Origin: Eledone cirrhosa | Taxonomy: Eukaryota | DNA: 64,000 bases | Assembly (NCBI GenBank): GCA_964016885.1 | Contig: OZ024741.1 | Span: 221,774,001-221,838,000 of the forward strand | Reading direction: 5' to 3' | Shown: positions 12,301-27,300 of the stretch, piece by piece | Layout: each line of letters starts with the position of its first letter | How positions within the stretch are numbered: the stretch's first letter is position 1 | The notes under the pieces: model-generated | What the model was told of the DNA's origin: nothing | The model's database searches: none | Seen by the model: the letters and a program-made list of their open reading frames with translations, nothing else | Translations under genes and position numbers: made by a program

Positions 12301-15300
12301 GTCTAGTTCTGACCGTGAGGTCGCTGATAACTAAGCTATGTTGGGAGATACATTCCTCACTAGGGAAGGCTTTTGTGTTTACGACCGTCCATCTGTCACG
12401 TCCTCTGATGAGGATAAAATCTATCTGACTAGAATGCTCCCCTGATCTATAGGTGATCATGTGGTTGATGGGTTTTTTGAAGTTTGTGTTACATATCGAC
12501 ATGTCATTGGCGTCGCAGAAGCCTGAAGCCTTCTTCATTTCTTGTGCTAACCCCATGGCCTCCATAGAAGCCGTCACGGTGTTTACTTACGTGTCCGTTA
12601 AAATCTCCTGTAATGATTAGGAAGTCATTGTCGTTTGTAGGAGCAGTAGTGTGCATTGGGGACTCGTAAAACCTACCCGTCTGGCAACCCCAATTGGGGT
12701 GCGTAAGCTGATATTATTGTGGTTATTGTTTTATTCAGGACTAGTCTGAGTTTAATGATTCTTGCATTCACCCTGTTCACTGAGATTACCTTATCTACCC
12801 ACTTGTCAGCTAGTAGGATACCTACACCACCCATCCCATCGTCATTTCCCACCCAGAAAAATTTGTAGCAGTGACTTTTTCCTACAAGGACTCTAGCAGA
12901 CTCTCCTCTCCATCTAGTCTCTTGCACACAGCATACATCAATTTCCTTTCGCTCTAGCATCTCTACGATTTCTCCTGCTCTTCCTTTCATTGTGCTTACA
13001 TTGATGGTTCCAACTCAGAGTTTTGGGCATTTGTCAACATTCGTTGGAAAGGGTAGATTTTTGCAGGGGTGTGTGTATGCTTCTTGTCTCTGAATTGAAG
13101 CTTCGCATGAGTGCTTGGTAGCTCGCAGATTCATATTCATTTATTAATTCAGGGTTGCTCCATTTATTCTCAGCTCATCCATACATAAAGGTAGGAGAAT
13201 TCAGGGCTAGAACAGTGGTGGTGGTAATAATGGCAGGGTTTGTTGGGGCTGGAATGGGTGAGGAGAGAGGTAGGTAGTAGTAGTAATGGCAGAGTTTGTT
13301 GGGGTTGGTAATGGGTGGGGCTGGATATGCAGAGGTTTGATTGGTTGAATAGGCTATGGTCGAATAGGTATGGTGGTGTGAGGGGGTGGGGTGGGGGGTA
13401 TGGTGGTGTGAGGGGGGGGGGGGGTATGGTGGTGTGAGGGGGGGGGGGAATTGTGAGATAGGTAGCCATCATGGCCTACAGCATCTCAGGGCGAAATAAA
13501 CCGATACGAGAACCTATATTAGACAAGGTGAAATGTTAGGATTTCGAAGAGAGTAGATGACTTTGTAGAGACAGCGAAATGATAAATACAACAATAATAA
13601 TAATGTAAGAGAGAGGAAGGGAGTAGATGACTTCGTAGTTATAGTGGCAACATGGGGAAAAAAAATAGGGTAAAAAATAAATGTGTTGTGGAGGTTAGTG
13701 AAATGATAAATACAACAATAATACTAATAATAGTGTGAGTGGAACATTTGCAATTGGGAAATAGAGGGATACCTGGAAGATATATATGGATGGCTGGAAC
13801 ATGGTTTAGCAGCTCTAGTGATTCATTTTAGCCTTTCAGAATCAAGTGTGTCTTATCTGTGTTATGCTGAATCTCCCTGGGAACTATACTCTTGAGCAAG
13901 ATACTTTATTTCATGTTGCTCCAGTACACTCAGTTAAAAACATTCCTAATTCCTCTAATTCAAAGGGCCAACCTCATCACACACAGTGTTATGGTGAATC
14001 TCCCTGAAAACTATACTATGAATACATGAGGAATGCTCAGCCACTTATATATTAATTTCACAAGCTGGTTGTTCCAGTAATCAACTGGAACTCACATTAT
14101 CAGAACTGACAGAGGTCCAATACATTTACACAGATATTCCTATCAAATGTCCAGATACCAAAATATAATTTTTGATGCAAGGAAATTAAAGAAACATTTC
14201 AGAATAGAATTATTGATAGCTCAGAAATTAAAACATTAGAGGATAAAATTAATAAAGTTTAATGAAATTTAAGGATGAAGCTTACCTGTAGTAAGATCCC
14301 AACCAATTTAATGGAGAGAAAAGTTGTATAATGTAGGTACCAAAGAGAACATAGTCACCTGAAGTGAGTTTCAGGCCATCTAAACCATGAACTACTGCCC
14401 AAGCACACAACATGCAGCCCCCAAGTAAACCAACAGTAATAACAGTACTTTGCAGTGTGTTTAATAGGTTCAAGCTTGCTGTAGACAGCCATTCAGCTTT
14501 CTGTAAATTTAAAATATATTGACATTAAACAGATTTTCTGAAAATCTTTCATTGTTAAATTTTAATTAACTTTTAACATCCTGTAATGATTTAGCAGATA
14601 ATATCTAAAAGCAGGTTTGTTAATTTAATTGTTCATAGTACCTTTACTAGTGAACAATTGTTCTGAGAATGTACAGTATTAGAGTAAAGACTTTAATTTT
14701 TAATGTGATGTAATCAATTATGCTAAATATAATTGTTTCTACTTTTGGCACAAGGCCAGCAATTATCCCAGTGCATTACTGGTACTTTATTTTATCGACC
14801 CCATAAGGATGAAAGACAAAGTTAACCTCAGCAGGAAGGATTTGAACTCAGACCGTAAAGGGCCGTAACTCTATGCTGCAAAGCATACAGTTGTTAACTG
14901 ACTCTTAACATCCTGTAATTATTTAGCAGAAAATATTTAAAACGGGTTTGTCAATTCTAATGTTTATAAGTATCTTTACAGCTAACTCCAAACAGTTAAT
15001 CCACACCATCACAATCCGAGTCCACTTATGCACAACAATCACAAACCCCAAGCACAGATATTGTTGGATTGTGACAATTTCATAAATGAACACCATATAT
15101 GCCAGCTCCAACCAGTGCATCCACAGCATTGAAAACATTGGCCAAACTTGCAGAACAATCACAGATGTCCAACATATCAGCCAGTCATAATTGCAACAGC
15201 AAACACCATATATGCAAGGACCAGACAATAGCTCAAGATATGACTTGACTGTACATTTTCAACTGTCCCCCACACTGTTTAACCTTTTAGCATTTAAACC

Positions 15301-18300
15301 GGCTGTATCCAGTCAGAATTCTCTAAACTCTTTCTGTTCAAACCAGCCGTAACTGGCCACTTCTACTGATGTTAAGGTATAGTTCTCAAAATAAATATCA
15401 AAATCTCATAGATTAGATATTATGTGAGATAATTATGTGAGGTGAAGTATGATAGTATATATAGAGTAAAGTAAATGCTAAAAGGTTAAGCCATCCTATG
15501 AGAAGCTCTGAAATGACAGCATCAAGGATGAGTTTATCTCAAGGGTAGTGGAGTGTGCAACCAAACTAACAGAGATGTCTTTTGAATAAGAGTAGCTGGA
15601 ATCAATCCAGCAACGATGACAAATTTCAGAGTTTGGCACAAAATTCATAGCATGATATATGGAGGATTTGACATAAAACAATTGCTCTCATTGGCCATCT
15701 CTTACAGCCATTGAGGAAAATGGTGCAAACAAGCATTTGTTAAATGCAGATTTTTTTTGTGGCCAGATTGAATCTGACCTAGATATCTCCTATAGAGATC
15801 TTCTGATAAATTTAATGCATAAGATTCTCCATGTATCTAACTGGAACATACAGGACACAAATTTAAGTACCACAAAGCTATCACTTCTTCTGCACCAAAT
15901 CAATTGTATCTAGAGAAACAAAAATGTTTCCTGGAAATGTTCTTAAATTTACCAAAAGAATAAAGAGAATGAGATATAAAAAGAAACATGAAAAAAATTC
16001 AACTAACTTGATAGTCTACGATGGCTTCTTTGTACCGGTCCACCTCCAGTTGAGAAGCATTGTAATATTTCACCTTTAAAGAAAATATTTATGTTTACAG
16101 ATTTAGTAAACAAAAATTGACAACATGAAAGTAATAATATATTTACAAACTTTGTTATCCAAGGTTTATAACACTAAAGCAAATATATAGTTACAAACTT
16201 AGTAATTTTGTTTTTGTTTTCAGTTGTTAAAATCTTATATTCCTTATTTCAAGAACTTTCATTTTTTCAATTAAATTATATAATGAATATATTTACAGAT
16301 AAACATTATCTAATGAATATGATTTACAAATGAAACAAATCAAAAGGAAATTAATCAGAGAAAGAAAAGAAAGAAAACTGTACACTCAATTACACTTTAC
16401 AACAACTTTTTGAGCCAAGTCAAGACATCCTTGGCAACACCTCAAGTGATAATGGGTTCCTCAATTACTGACTACAACAGAGAATGTTCGCATTTCCATC
16501 AAAATGATTTTGAGTCAAGTCAAAACATTCACAGCACTACCTCAAGTGATAGAGGTTACCTCAGTTATACACTACAGCAGGAAATGTTGGTGTTTCCCTT
16601 TAATAATTTTTTAGGCAAGTCAGGGCACTCACTGCAATGCTAAAATTGATAGTCAGGTTAAAGAACTGGAATAGCCAAGAGAAGGCAAAGTCAACACAGC
16701 TTCACATCAGTGACATTGAAATTCATATTCATACACTAATGTAATTTCAAATTGACTTTAGCAAATTCCAATGTAATCATTAATGATCATAATTTGACCT
16801 GACTGTAAGAAACAGATACAAAATTGAGAAAAACTTTCAAACCGTTTCAAAATTGATCAAAGAATCCACAGCTTTGGTATTGGATTCATTATCTTTTATA
16901 TTCATATTACGACGGTACTTGGTTCTCCATTCAGTGACGAGAATTGTAGTAGCTAAAATATATATAATATATTCAAATATTATATTTTAAAAATATATAT
17001 CTATATTACTAAAACAGAGAATGTCTGTCTGTCTGTACAATCACTAAAACTCGAGAACCACCCAACCGATTGTTTTCAAACTTTACACATGTAATACTTA
17101 TGGTCCTATTGAGTGTTCTGAGCAAAAAAAATTCCAAATTTTCTATGCCCTAGGGACCGCATTAGGCGATTTAGCGATCTCTTTCTCTCTCTCTTAGTCT
17201 TTCTCTTATAATATCTGTCCTTATAATATCTGTATGCCTGGCTGTCTGCATTACATCATTATGACGCTGTGTGTATATGTATATATATAGTGTGTGTATA
17301 TATATATATATATATATAGTGTGTAACGTTTTTTGAAATATTTACTTCTGCGTTCAGATTTATTATTTTAGTTTCAGAAGATCCCGTTAAGGGTGAAAGC
17401 AGCGATTCTTTGCTTAAACTTTAATCTGTTATTTTAATATCATCATCATCATCACCGCTTTACGTCCGTTCTTCCACGCTAGCATGGGTTAGATGGGTTG
17501 TTCTGTTGTGGGCAGTGTCCAGTCGGGAATTGATTCTGGCTTAATTTCTACAGCTGGATGCCCTTCCTAACACCAACCTCATTTACAGTGAGAGCTGGGT
17601 GCTTTTTTGCCATGGCACCTCCACGACCACTTTGCAGTGGGAGGGTGTGGGGGCATATTGTCTATATGCTTCAGCTTGTACCCGTGGGGGGGTCGGGTCT
17701 TCTGTATTACTGCGTGACGCCAGAAGTTACGGTCGTGTGTCATCGCCTTTGAGAGGTGTAATGGGGTAAGGTCGGCTTTTATCACCTCATCCCAGGTCTT
17801 CTTGGGTCACCCACTCCGCGATTTCCATCAACTTCTAGTGCTCTGCACCTTTTTATGCAGCTATCATCCTTCATACGTATCACATGTCCATACCAACGCA
17901 ACCACCTCTCCTGCACACACCATTTGATTTCTCTTGTGCTCAGTCTCTCTCTCAATTCGTTTATGCTTTGCCGTTCGCATATATTACTATTACACATCCA
18001 TCGGAGCATGCAGGCTTCGTTTTTTTTCTAATCTACACAAGTCTTCCACAGACAGCACCCAGGTCTCACTACCATGTAACATTGTTGTTTGTATACACGC
18101 AGCATACAGTCTGCCTTTCATTTTGGGGGGAAAACCTTTTGCAGCTAGCAGTGGTAGTAGCTCTCTGAACTTCTTCCATCCCGTTCTTACCCTAGTTATT
18201 GTACTTTCCGAACACCCACCTCCCCTGCTAATTCGGTCATCTAGGTAGCAGAAGATGTCTACTGTTTCTACAGAGCCCTCCCAGAGTTTGGTGGTACTTG

Positions 18301-21300
18301 TTTCCTGTGGCTGTTTGCTGTCCCAGCACAGCTGCTACATGTGAAGCCCACATTCTTAGTTAAGCTTCCTGAGATCCCCCTACATCTCTTATGTACCCAT
18401 TGTTTGCATTTGGTGCAGCGAATATCAGTACCAAGTTTGTGGGAGGATAACAACTCTGGTTTGGTAGTAAAGGCATATTTTGAGCAGAGAAGTAGGTAGA
18501 TGAAGTAATTTTGTTAACTGGAATAGGTAATCAAATACACAGACTAGTAATATGGAATGTATAATCCCCACATGAGGAGTTAACTGATAACAAAAAGACT
18601 TGTCGCATTAGGCCTTTGTGCAGAATACTTTGAAACCTAATAATGGCAAAATCATTATCATAGCTGGTGATTTCAGGGATCTTGTCAGTAAACACTCCAA
18701 CAGGTACATTGGTGTATGTTGAAGTCTGTGAAGATGGTCAAAACAATGAAGAGGAATCAAAACTCCTGGAGTAATGCAAATTAATTTATCTGAAACTTAT
18801 TCAAAATTCACAAGCAGATTATTCCTCATCATCACCACTACCTTTATATGTCTATTTTCCATGCTGGCATGGATTAGATGGGTTGTCACAATCTGAAATT
18901 TAATTTAACAGATCAGATGACAATGCCTTGCTCATATTTCTTAATGTCTGCTTAAAACATTTTGAGGAATGCACTTCTCAGCTTAGAATAGTGGTCAGTA
19001 GTTTTAAGTTGAACACAGCTCAAGAACAATGAAAAAGACCAGGAAAAGCAGGAATACAAGCAAGTTAAAAGATCCTTCGATTCAGCTAAACTTCCAAACA
19101 ACCTTTGGTAGAGTCTGTTTTAATAGAAAGGCAGCAAATTAACTGAACCATTAAAACATTGGATATATTGCTTTGTAGCATTTTTTCTAGTCCTCTATGC
19201 TATGTGTTCAATTCTTACCAAGGTCAGCTTTGCCTTTCATCCTTTCAAGGTTGATGAATAAAATACAAGTCCAGTACTAGGGTCAATTCTCTCTCTCTGG
19301 AAGAAATTAGCTGTATTCAAACCTGGAGAGGGATGGGCCATACCAGATTTAAATGAAGATGATGTCACTCAAAAGTTCAGGGCCCCATGGTAGTTGATAG
19401 AGAAGTGATAGTTTTCTGGGGACAGTTGGATATTCCAAAGAGATGACACCTCTCTGTCAGCTACTGACTAATTCTACCAAACATAAGATCTATGAAAAAC
19501 ATAGAGCCTATGATTCCAGTTGTACAACATGGAATAAACAATCGTCAAAAGCTTCTGATATAATATAGAACTAAAGGAGAAGTCTTATGCTGATTTGTGG
19601 AACATTGTACAGAGTACTCCTGCAGATCATCATCCTTGGCAATTTTATTGTCAGGGTAGGCCACAATTTAGAAACCTGAAAAGGAGTACTTGGCAAGTAT
19701 AGTGTTGGAAATTGCAATGACGACAGATGTCTTCCATTAGAGTTTTTGTGTGGAGCAGCATCTCATCATTTCCATACCAATATAAAGTAGAGATAACTGA
19801 CTTATTTTGTTTAGATATGATATATTGTATTTTAATTATCTATGGTAATTAAACTAATTAAGTCAAATTATTTACTAGAGAAAATGTTGGGAAGGTTTAT
19901 TGACTAAGTGATAATGATATAACCTTCTCAGATAAATAATTATCAGTTTGTTAATTTCAGAAGGGACAATGTGGTGGTGGTGTTACTACTACTAATGTGT
20001 CATCATTATCACCATCCCGGTGGTGGATTGGCAGTATCAGTAGAGCATGCTTTGCAGCGTAGAATGATGACCCTTTACATTCTCAGTTCAAATCCTGCCA
20101 AGGTTAACTTTGCCTTTCATCCTTACGGGGTCAATAAAATAAAGCATCAGTAATGCACTGAGGTAATTGCTGGCCTTGTGACAAAAGTCGAAACAATTAT
20201 CACTATCCCTACTTCTGGTGTCATGAAATAATGCACCCAGTGCATCTTGTAAAGTTTGGGAACATATGTAAATGAGAAACATCCTCCAGGCCATCTGAGA
20301 GGTCAATAGCTCTGATTAAGTACTGACTTGCTCTGTGACAACCCATCCAACTCTTGCTAGCAGAGAAAATGAACATTGAATAATGATGAAGACACAATAA
20401 AGATCAGTTATAGTGTACTAAGAAACATAAGTGAAGTGTAAGACGTGTGACTTACCAAGATAGACTGACATACAGATAAAAACTACTAAGCCAAATATGT
20501 AGTTGAATTGTGTGATAAAAAATATGATAGCAATTACAATGTCGATAATTGTGGGTAGAATCTGGAAGAGAATATAACTGAGGAGTTGATTGATGCTGTT
20601 CTTTCCTCTGTCAATAACACGCAGTACTTCACCAGTCTTCCTGTTTAAATGCCATCTAAGAGAAAGACTGAAATTAAAATATATATCACATTTTTTTATA
20701 AATAATATTTTACTGAGAAACATATACTATATGTATATGCATAATAAACATATATATAGTGCTGCTGTGAGTATTTTTAATTGTCGTCATATCACAGCTA
20801 CCTCAGTACTTATATACAATATGTTTACAGACTGAGGCACAGTAGCTAATATATAGATTTTGAAAAAAAAAAACATTTTTGATAAAGGTATATATATATA
20901 TATAATGCATATAGTGCAAGCTTGAATTAGCAGTAGTACTAACACAGCCATGGTTAAGAATAGAGATGTATATGGAATCATATACAGTATGTCTACGTCT
21001 AATATAAATACGTATAGTATCACTGTGAGTATTTTAATTGATGATCATATAAAAGCTACCTCAGTAACAATGTAAAAGCACTGTATACATGTATTTCAGG
21101 ATACCGAGGCATAAAAAACTTGAAAAGTTTGAAATAATTTGTAAACAAATTATTTCACTGTATTTTAAGCTGCGATCATATTACAGCTCATATGACCACC
21201 ACTTAAAATACTCACAGCTATATTATACATATTTATATTAGAGATAAACATACTGTATATGATTCCATATACACCTCTATTCTTAACCGTGGCTGTGTTA

Positions 21301-24300
21301 GTGCTACTGCTTGCACTATGTGTAAATACCTCAGTATCCATGTAAGAATGTAGTATACATGTCTTCCATGATTCTTTATCCCTCTTCAGTGGATGCCTGC
21401 TACTACAAGATACTAAGGTACAGATAGATGCTAATGCCTCTTATATACATGTTTTGTAAAACACTTTTAATGATAGCTTGTTGCCACAAGATGGATAGAC
21501 CAGTATTAATTAGCACAGCATGGTTCAGAACAGAGATCCATTATGTCAAGCTCTTTTTGAATTCCATGTGTCTAACACACGTGAGCATGCCTACAAAGTC
21601 AGAAAATAGCACAGCCCCCATGACTTCCGGAAACATTTTTTCACGCTCAGAGTTGCTGAAGCATGGCACAAATTACCTGCATCAGTTGTAAGCTGCCGAG
21701 ATATTGCATCCTTTAAAACCTCCATGCTTCTGAAATTCGCCAACACTATACCTGATATCCCCCTCCATACAAAAGCACACTGTTATACACTGTTCACTTT
21801 CCTGACATTTGTACATTATTCTATGTACTATACATGCACCTTTGATGAGTTGTATTGCACCTGAGCACTGTACACAATAATTTCATTATTATTATTATTA
21901 TTATTTAATAGATTAAATTTTCATGATTCTCATTACCATTTGGATGAGTATTTCTTCAATTCAATGCTCCATCTACTATCATCATCATCATCATTTTACA
22001 TCTGCTTTCCACACAGGCATGAGATAAGGGACAAGGTATTGTTAGATTTGTGTCCTCCTTTCACAATAAAGCAGCCCTTTTTAGGATGACACTGCTGTCT
22101 TCTTTAGAGGAGGGGGGGTCAAGAAAATGAAACCTAAAATTTGTTTGCCCATACTTAACCTGGTCATCAGGTGCAGGTGACTAGGTATCTCTCTCTTGCA
22201 CCCATAACACTATGTATGTAGCTTCATGGAATGTCAGAACTCTTCAGGTTACAAATGGTAATCCTTAATGCAGGACAGCTATCATAGCTTGTCTCTTATC
22301 TCAGCAAAATATCAGCATAGCGGCTTTTTTAGAAACTAGGTTTGCAAGAAATGGCCAATTAGAAGAGGTAGAAGGAAGCTATACATTTTACTAGATAGGT
22401 AAATAGACATATGCAAAAAAGGAATCTGGTGTTGGATTTGCTAGTAGAAGTTATTTAGTAAAACAACTTGAATCCCTTCCTATAGGTATCAATGACAGGA
22501 TAATGACCCTTCACATGAAAATAGGAAAAAACGGCATTGTTATTTTTTTAGATGCTATGCCTCAACTCGTCATTTGAGCTTAAAGAGAAATTCTACTCCT
22601 GTCTTTGTGGGCAGCTCAGGAAAGTGCCTGCTGCTGATGATAAATCGTTCTTGATGAGGGACTTTACTGCCAGAGTGGGAAATTACCACCTTGCATTGCC
22701 AAATGTCTTAGGCAGGCATGGCATTGGAAAAATTAACTCAAATGGCCTTCTCTTGCTATCACTTTGTATTCAAGGTACAGGTAGCAGTTCATAAGGGTCT
22801 GGTTCTCAATCCACTTTTGTTCATTATAGTTCTCCAGGCCATAACCGAAGAGTTTATGACTGGTTGTCCATGGGAACTTCTGTACACTAAAGCTGAAACT
22901 ATGGAAGAATTAGAGAATAAGTTCCAACTATGGAAAGAGAATTTGGAATCAAAAGGGCTGAGAGTAAACTTGGCTAAAACTAAAGTGCTAGTAAATAGGA
23001 AAGAAGATAGAACCCTGATTCCATCTGGGAAATGGCCCTGCTCAATATGTAGAAAAGGTGTAGGCATAAATTCTATATGATGTACACAATATAAATCTTG
23101 GGTACACAAGATGTAGAGAGATAACAGGTAAACTAACAGGAAAGGTAGATTTTGTATGTAGATGTTCATTCAAGATTAATTGATAATAACAGTGCCAATG
23201 ATATAAACCTTTTCCAGGAAGTCTCCATAGAAGTGGTTGATAGCTTCTGATATCTAGGTGACTTAATTAACAGTGGAGGAGGGTGCTTCAAGAGCATAAT
23301 AGATAGAATACGGATAGGATGGAAGAAGTTTACTACCTCTGTTGACAACAAAAGGTTTCTCCTTCCGACTGAAATGACGGATGTATGTTACCAGTATGCG
23401 AAGTGCTAACCTGCATGGCTCTGAAACATGGGTAGTGACTGCAGAGGATATGCACAGAATGGAGAGAAATTAAGCAAGCATGCTTTGATGGATGTGCAAT
23501 GTTAATAAAAGAGAACGACAGAGCTTAGATGAACTGAGAGAAAAACTGAGTATAAGTGGAATCAGAAGTAGTGTGCAAGAGAGAAGACTGCGTTGGTAAG
23601 GACATGTGAAGTGCATGGATGGTAAACGATAGGTGAAGTGTGAAGAAATGCCAGTGAAAGGAAACCGCAGTAAAGGAAGGCCAAGGAAGACTGGAGGAGA
23701 GGTGCTAAGAGCTGATCTCAAATCGCTGAAACTCAGTGGAGATGACGAAGGACCATGTGCTTTAAAGGATTCATCCAACCCATGTAAGCATGTAAAAATG
23801 GATGTAAATATGATGATGATGATGATGATGATGATATATACTTAACACTTCTTAGGTCAATATTTGAAGTATAGCTAATCACTACTTCTAAACATCTTAA
23901 GAAAGTTTGTATTAATTGTTATCTATAGATAGTTTATATCTATTGTTATCTATAATTTAAAGAGTGTTGAATAAGTCCCTAGTATCTGGTAAAACTACAT
24001 CATATGGGGGTGTTCTCATCTAATGATATTAACATTTTCAGTAACATATTTCTAAGGAAATACTCTATTTCAATTAATTAATCAAGAATTTTGAGGGATT
24101 TACTAAAATTATTAATTATTTCATTACTAGGATAGTAACTTAAAATATGGTCCTGATATGAAATTGTTGGATATTTCAATTTAAACATGCACCTTTTGAA
24201 ATGGGCAGTTTTGTTTTATAAAACCAGAGCGACCTTTGGTCTAGTTGGTATCAAAAGGTTTAATGAAAACTTATAAGGAATTTACTAAAATTATTAATTA

Positions 24301-27300
24301 TTTCATTATAAATATAATTTAATATAGTTCTTATATAAAATTATCTTGGAAGATATAAATTTAAATAGGAACCCTATAAAATGTGTTTATTTGTTTCATA
24401 GAACCAGAGCTGTTGTTGGCTAAATTAGTAAATAAAGGGTTAATAAAATCAAACAAGATGAAGATAAAATTTAGTTTACCAATGTAAATGTGCAAATAAT
24501 TTAATTTGTATTTTTCTTGTTGTATACTGTTGTACAGGGAGCCAGAATAAGGATCGCAAATTGTTCAGAAGTCCTGTGGTACCTGGGGAAGAGAAAGAAT
24601 AAGAACAAAAGGCATTAGAACTCAATCAACATGTAACAAAAAAAGGCAATATAGATAGTACTTCTTATTTTGACAATTCCTCAAATATACAAGTTGACCT
24701 CAGACAAAAGCACACTAACTTCGCTATCACCAAGCCTTACTGAAGAAGTGAGATTTGTGAGGGTGCCTGACTATTCCAACACCCCAGCCTTTCTATCACC
24801 CATGGTAATGCCATATCTTGGCTTACCTGAAAAATGTCTGCAAGTAAACACCACCACTCCCTGTTGTAATATATAATTGAGTGTAAAGTGTATATGTCTT
24901 CTGGGGTTTTTTTCTTTTCCTTTTTTTTCTGATTAATTTCAATTGATTTGTTGCTTTTGTAAATCATTTTCTTTTGTCCCATGCTCTTAAATGATAAACA
25001 CAAAAATACACCCTGTAAGGTGGTTGGTGATAGGAAGGGCATTTGGCCAAAGAAAGCTTGCTGAACAAAGGATTGAGTGTACCCTTTAATCGTGCCAAAA
25101 ACATGATAATCTCCCCAGTGTTGGTGGTATATGCAATAAGTGCACCCAGTACACACTGTAAAGTGGTTGGTGATAGGAAAGGCATCCTGCCATAGAAAGC
25201 TTGCAAAACAAAGCGCAGGGAGGACCTTTGAGTTGTGCCAAAGACAGACTCCCTAGTACTAGTGTCATGATAAAATGCACTCAGTAAAGCGTAGGATCAT
25301 ATGTCAGTGAGATGCAGGCTCCAGGAGTCAGTGACCCTGCTTGAGTACTGACTCAAGTTTGTGAAGACACATCCAGCTCTTGCTAGCAGGGAAAACTTCT
25401 TAATCATTTCAGTATGTTAAGTCCACACAAATTTTACACTGATGAGTAATGTGGTAGTGCCGGTACCATGATAAAATGCACCCAGTACACTCTGAAGTAG
25501 TGGTAGTGGAGATGATGATGGTGGTGGCAAAGTAAAATATGCAGAATATTTCTTACCAAATCCTCCTCCTTGTAGCATAAAGAGAACAACATAGATAAGT
25601 ATTAAATCCCATCGGAATGTTACTGGTTTTCCATCGGAAGAATCTTCAGACAGACTATTCACTAAAATAGAGAACCATTTATTACAAAATATTTTCAATA
25701 AATTAAATATTTAACAGTCAGAATCTTGGATGATATTTTGTTAATCCTTATGATGCCAACCCAGCCAAAACTCGCTCTCATTTTATGAAATAAAACCATC
25801 CGTTTAAAGGGTTCCTAATTAAATTTAAATCTTCCAATTTTATATTAGAATGATATATTAAGTAACTATCTTTACAATGGTGCTACATCCACTCTCAGAT
25901 TACACCAAGACAGCAACAAGATCATGTTAGAAAGAGAGCAAGACAAAGAGACATTTTCCAGAGAATGTTTACATCTTGTTTACAAGACACCATCATCAAC
26001 AAAGTCAACTGGGAGAATAGCCCATACACCACAAGAATTGGAGGAGATGTTCAATGCTATCCACACTGTGAGCTAGCCAGTAGGCCTTAACATCCATCTT
26101 GAGAAAACCAAGGACATGTTTAACAGCCACGCTAAGCCATCACCAGTTATTCTGGATAGAAAAACCATCAAGGAAGTATTCACTTATGTGTACCTCGGAA
26201 AGAAGTTTGCAAGATGTGATGCCCTACTTCCAGTAGTCAAAAGAAGGGTTGTGTGTGGCTGGGCAACTTTTGGAAAAGTTTATAATATCTTTAGAAGTCC
26301 CAAGACAACAATCAAAACCAAAAGAAAGCTGTTTAATAAATATGTTCTGTTGGTGATGACATATGGAAGTGAGACGTGGGCACTTAACACCACCACTGCA
26401 GAGACTCTTACAGTGGCTCAACATGGAGCGAATCATGCTTGGCATCATCTTACATGACAGGAAGAGCAACAACTGGATTCGACAACAGACTTGCATGAAT
26501 GATATAATGAAGCCCATTAAGAATAGCAAATATAGTTAGGCTGGTCACATCTCTCCTTTCAGAGACAACAAGTGGACTATTATGGTGACAGAGTGAACAC
26601 AATGGCAGTGGAGAAGAACCAGAGGTCGGCCAAAGGCCAAATGGCACGATGATCTGACTCAATACCTCTGCGCCACATGGCCCAATATGGCCAGAGATAG
26701 GAAGTGGTGGGGGTCAACCAGGGAAAGGTTCCTCCAACAGGAGTGAGAAGGCTCTCGATTTTGGATCGTAGTAATGAAATAATAATTTTAGTAAATTCCT
26801 CACAATTATTCATTGACCCTCTTGATACCAACCAGGCAAACCCAGCTATGGTTCAATGAAACAAAATTACCATTTTAAAGGTTTCTACTTAAATTAAAAT
26901 CTTTCAATATAATCTCATAAAAGAACCATATGTTAAGTTACTATCTTACTAATGAAATAATAATTTTAGTAAATCCATCACAATTATTCATTGACTCTCT
27001 TGATACCAACCAGGTAAACCCAGCTATGGTTCAATGAAACAAAATTACCATTTTAAAGGTTTCTACTTAAATTAAAATCTTTCAATATAATCTCATAAAA
27101 GAACCATATGTTAAGTTACTATCTTACTAATGAAATAATAATTTTAGTAAATCCATCACAATTCTTCATTAAACTTTTTGATATGCAAACCCCTGACCAG
27201 TCAAGGTCAGTAACCCCACTTCAGTACTGACTTGGTCTGTAACTAGATCCGTCCAACCCTTACTGGCAGGAAAAATGGATGTTAAATGATGATAAATTAC

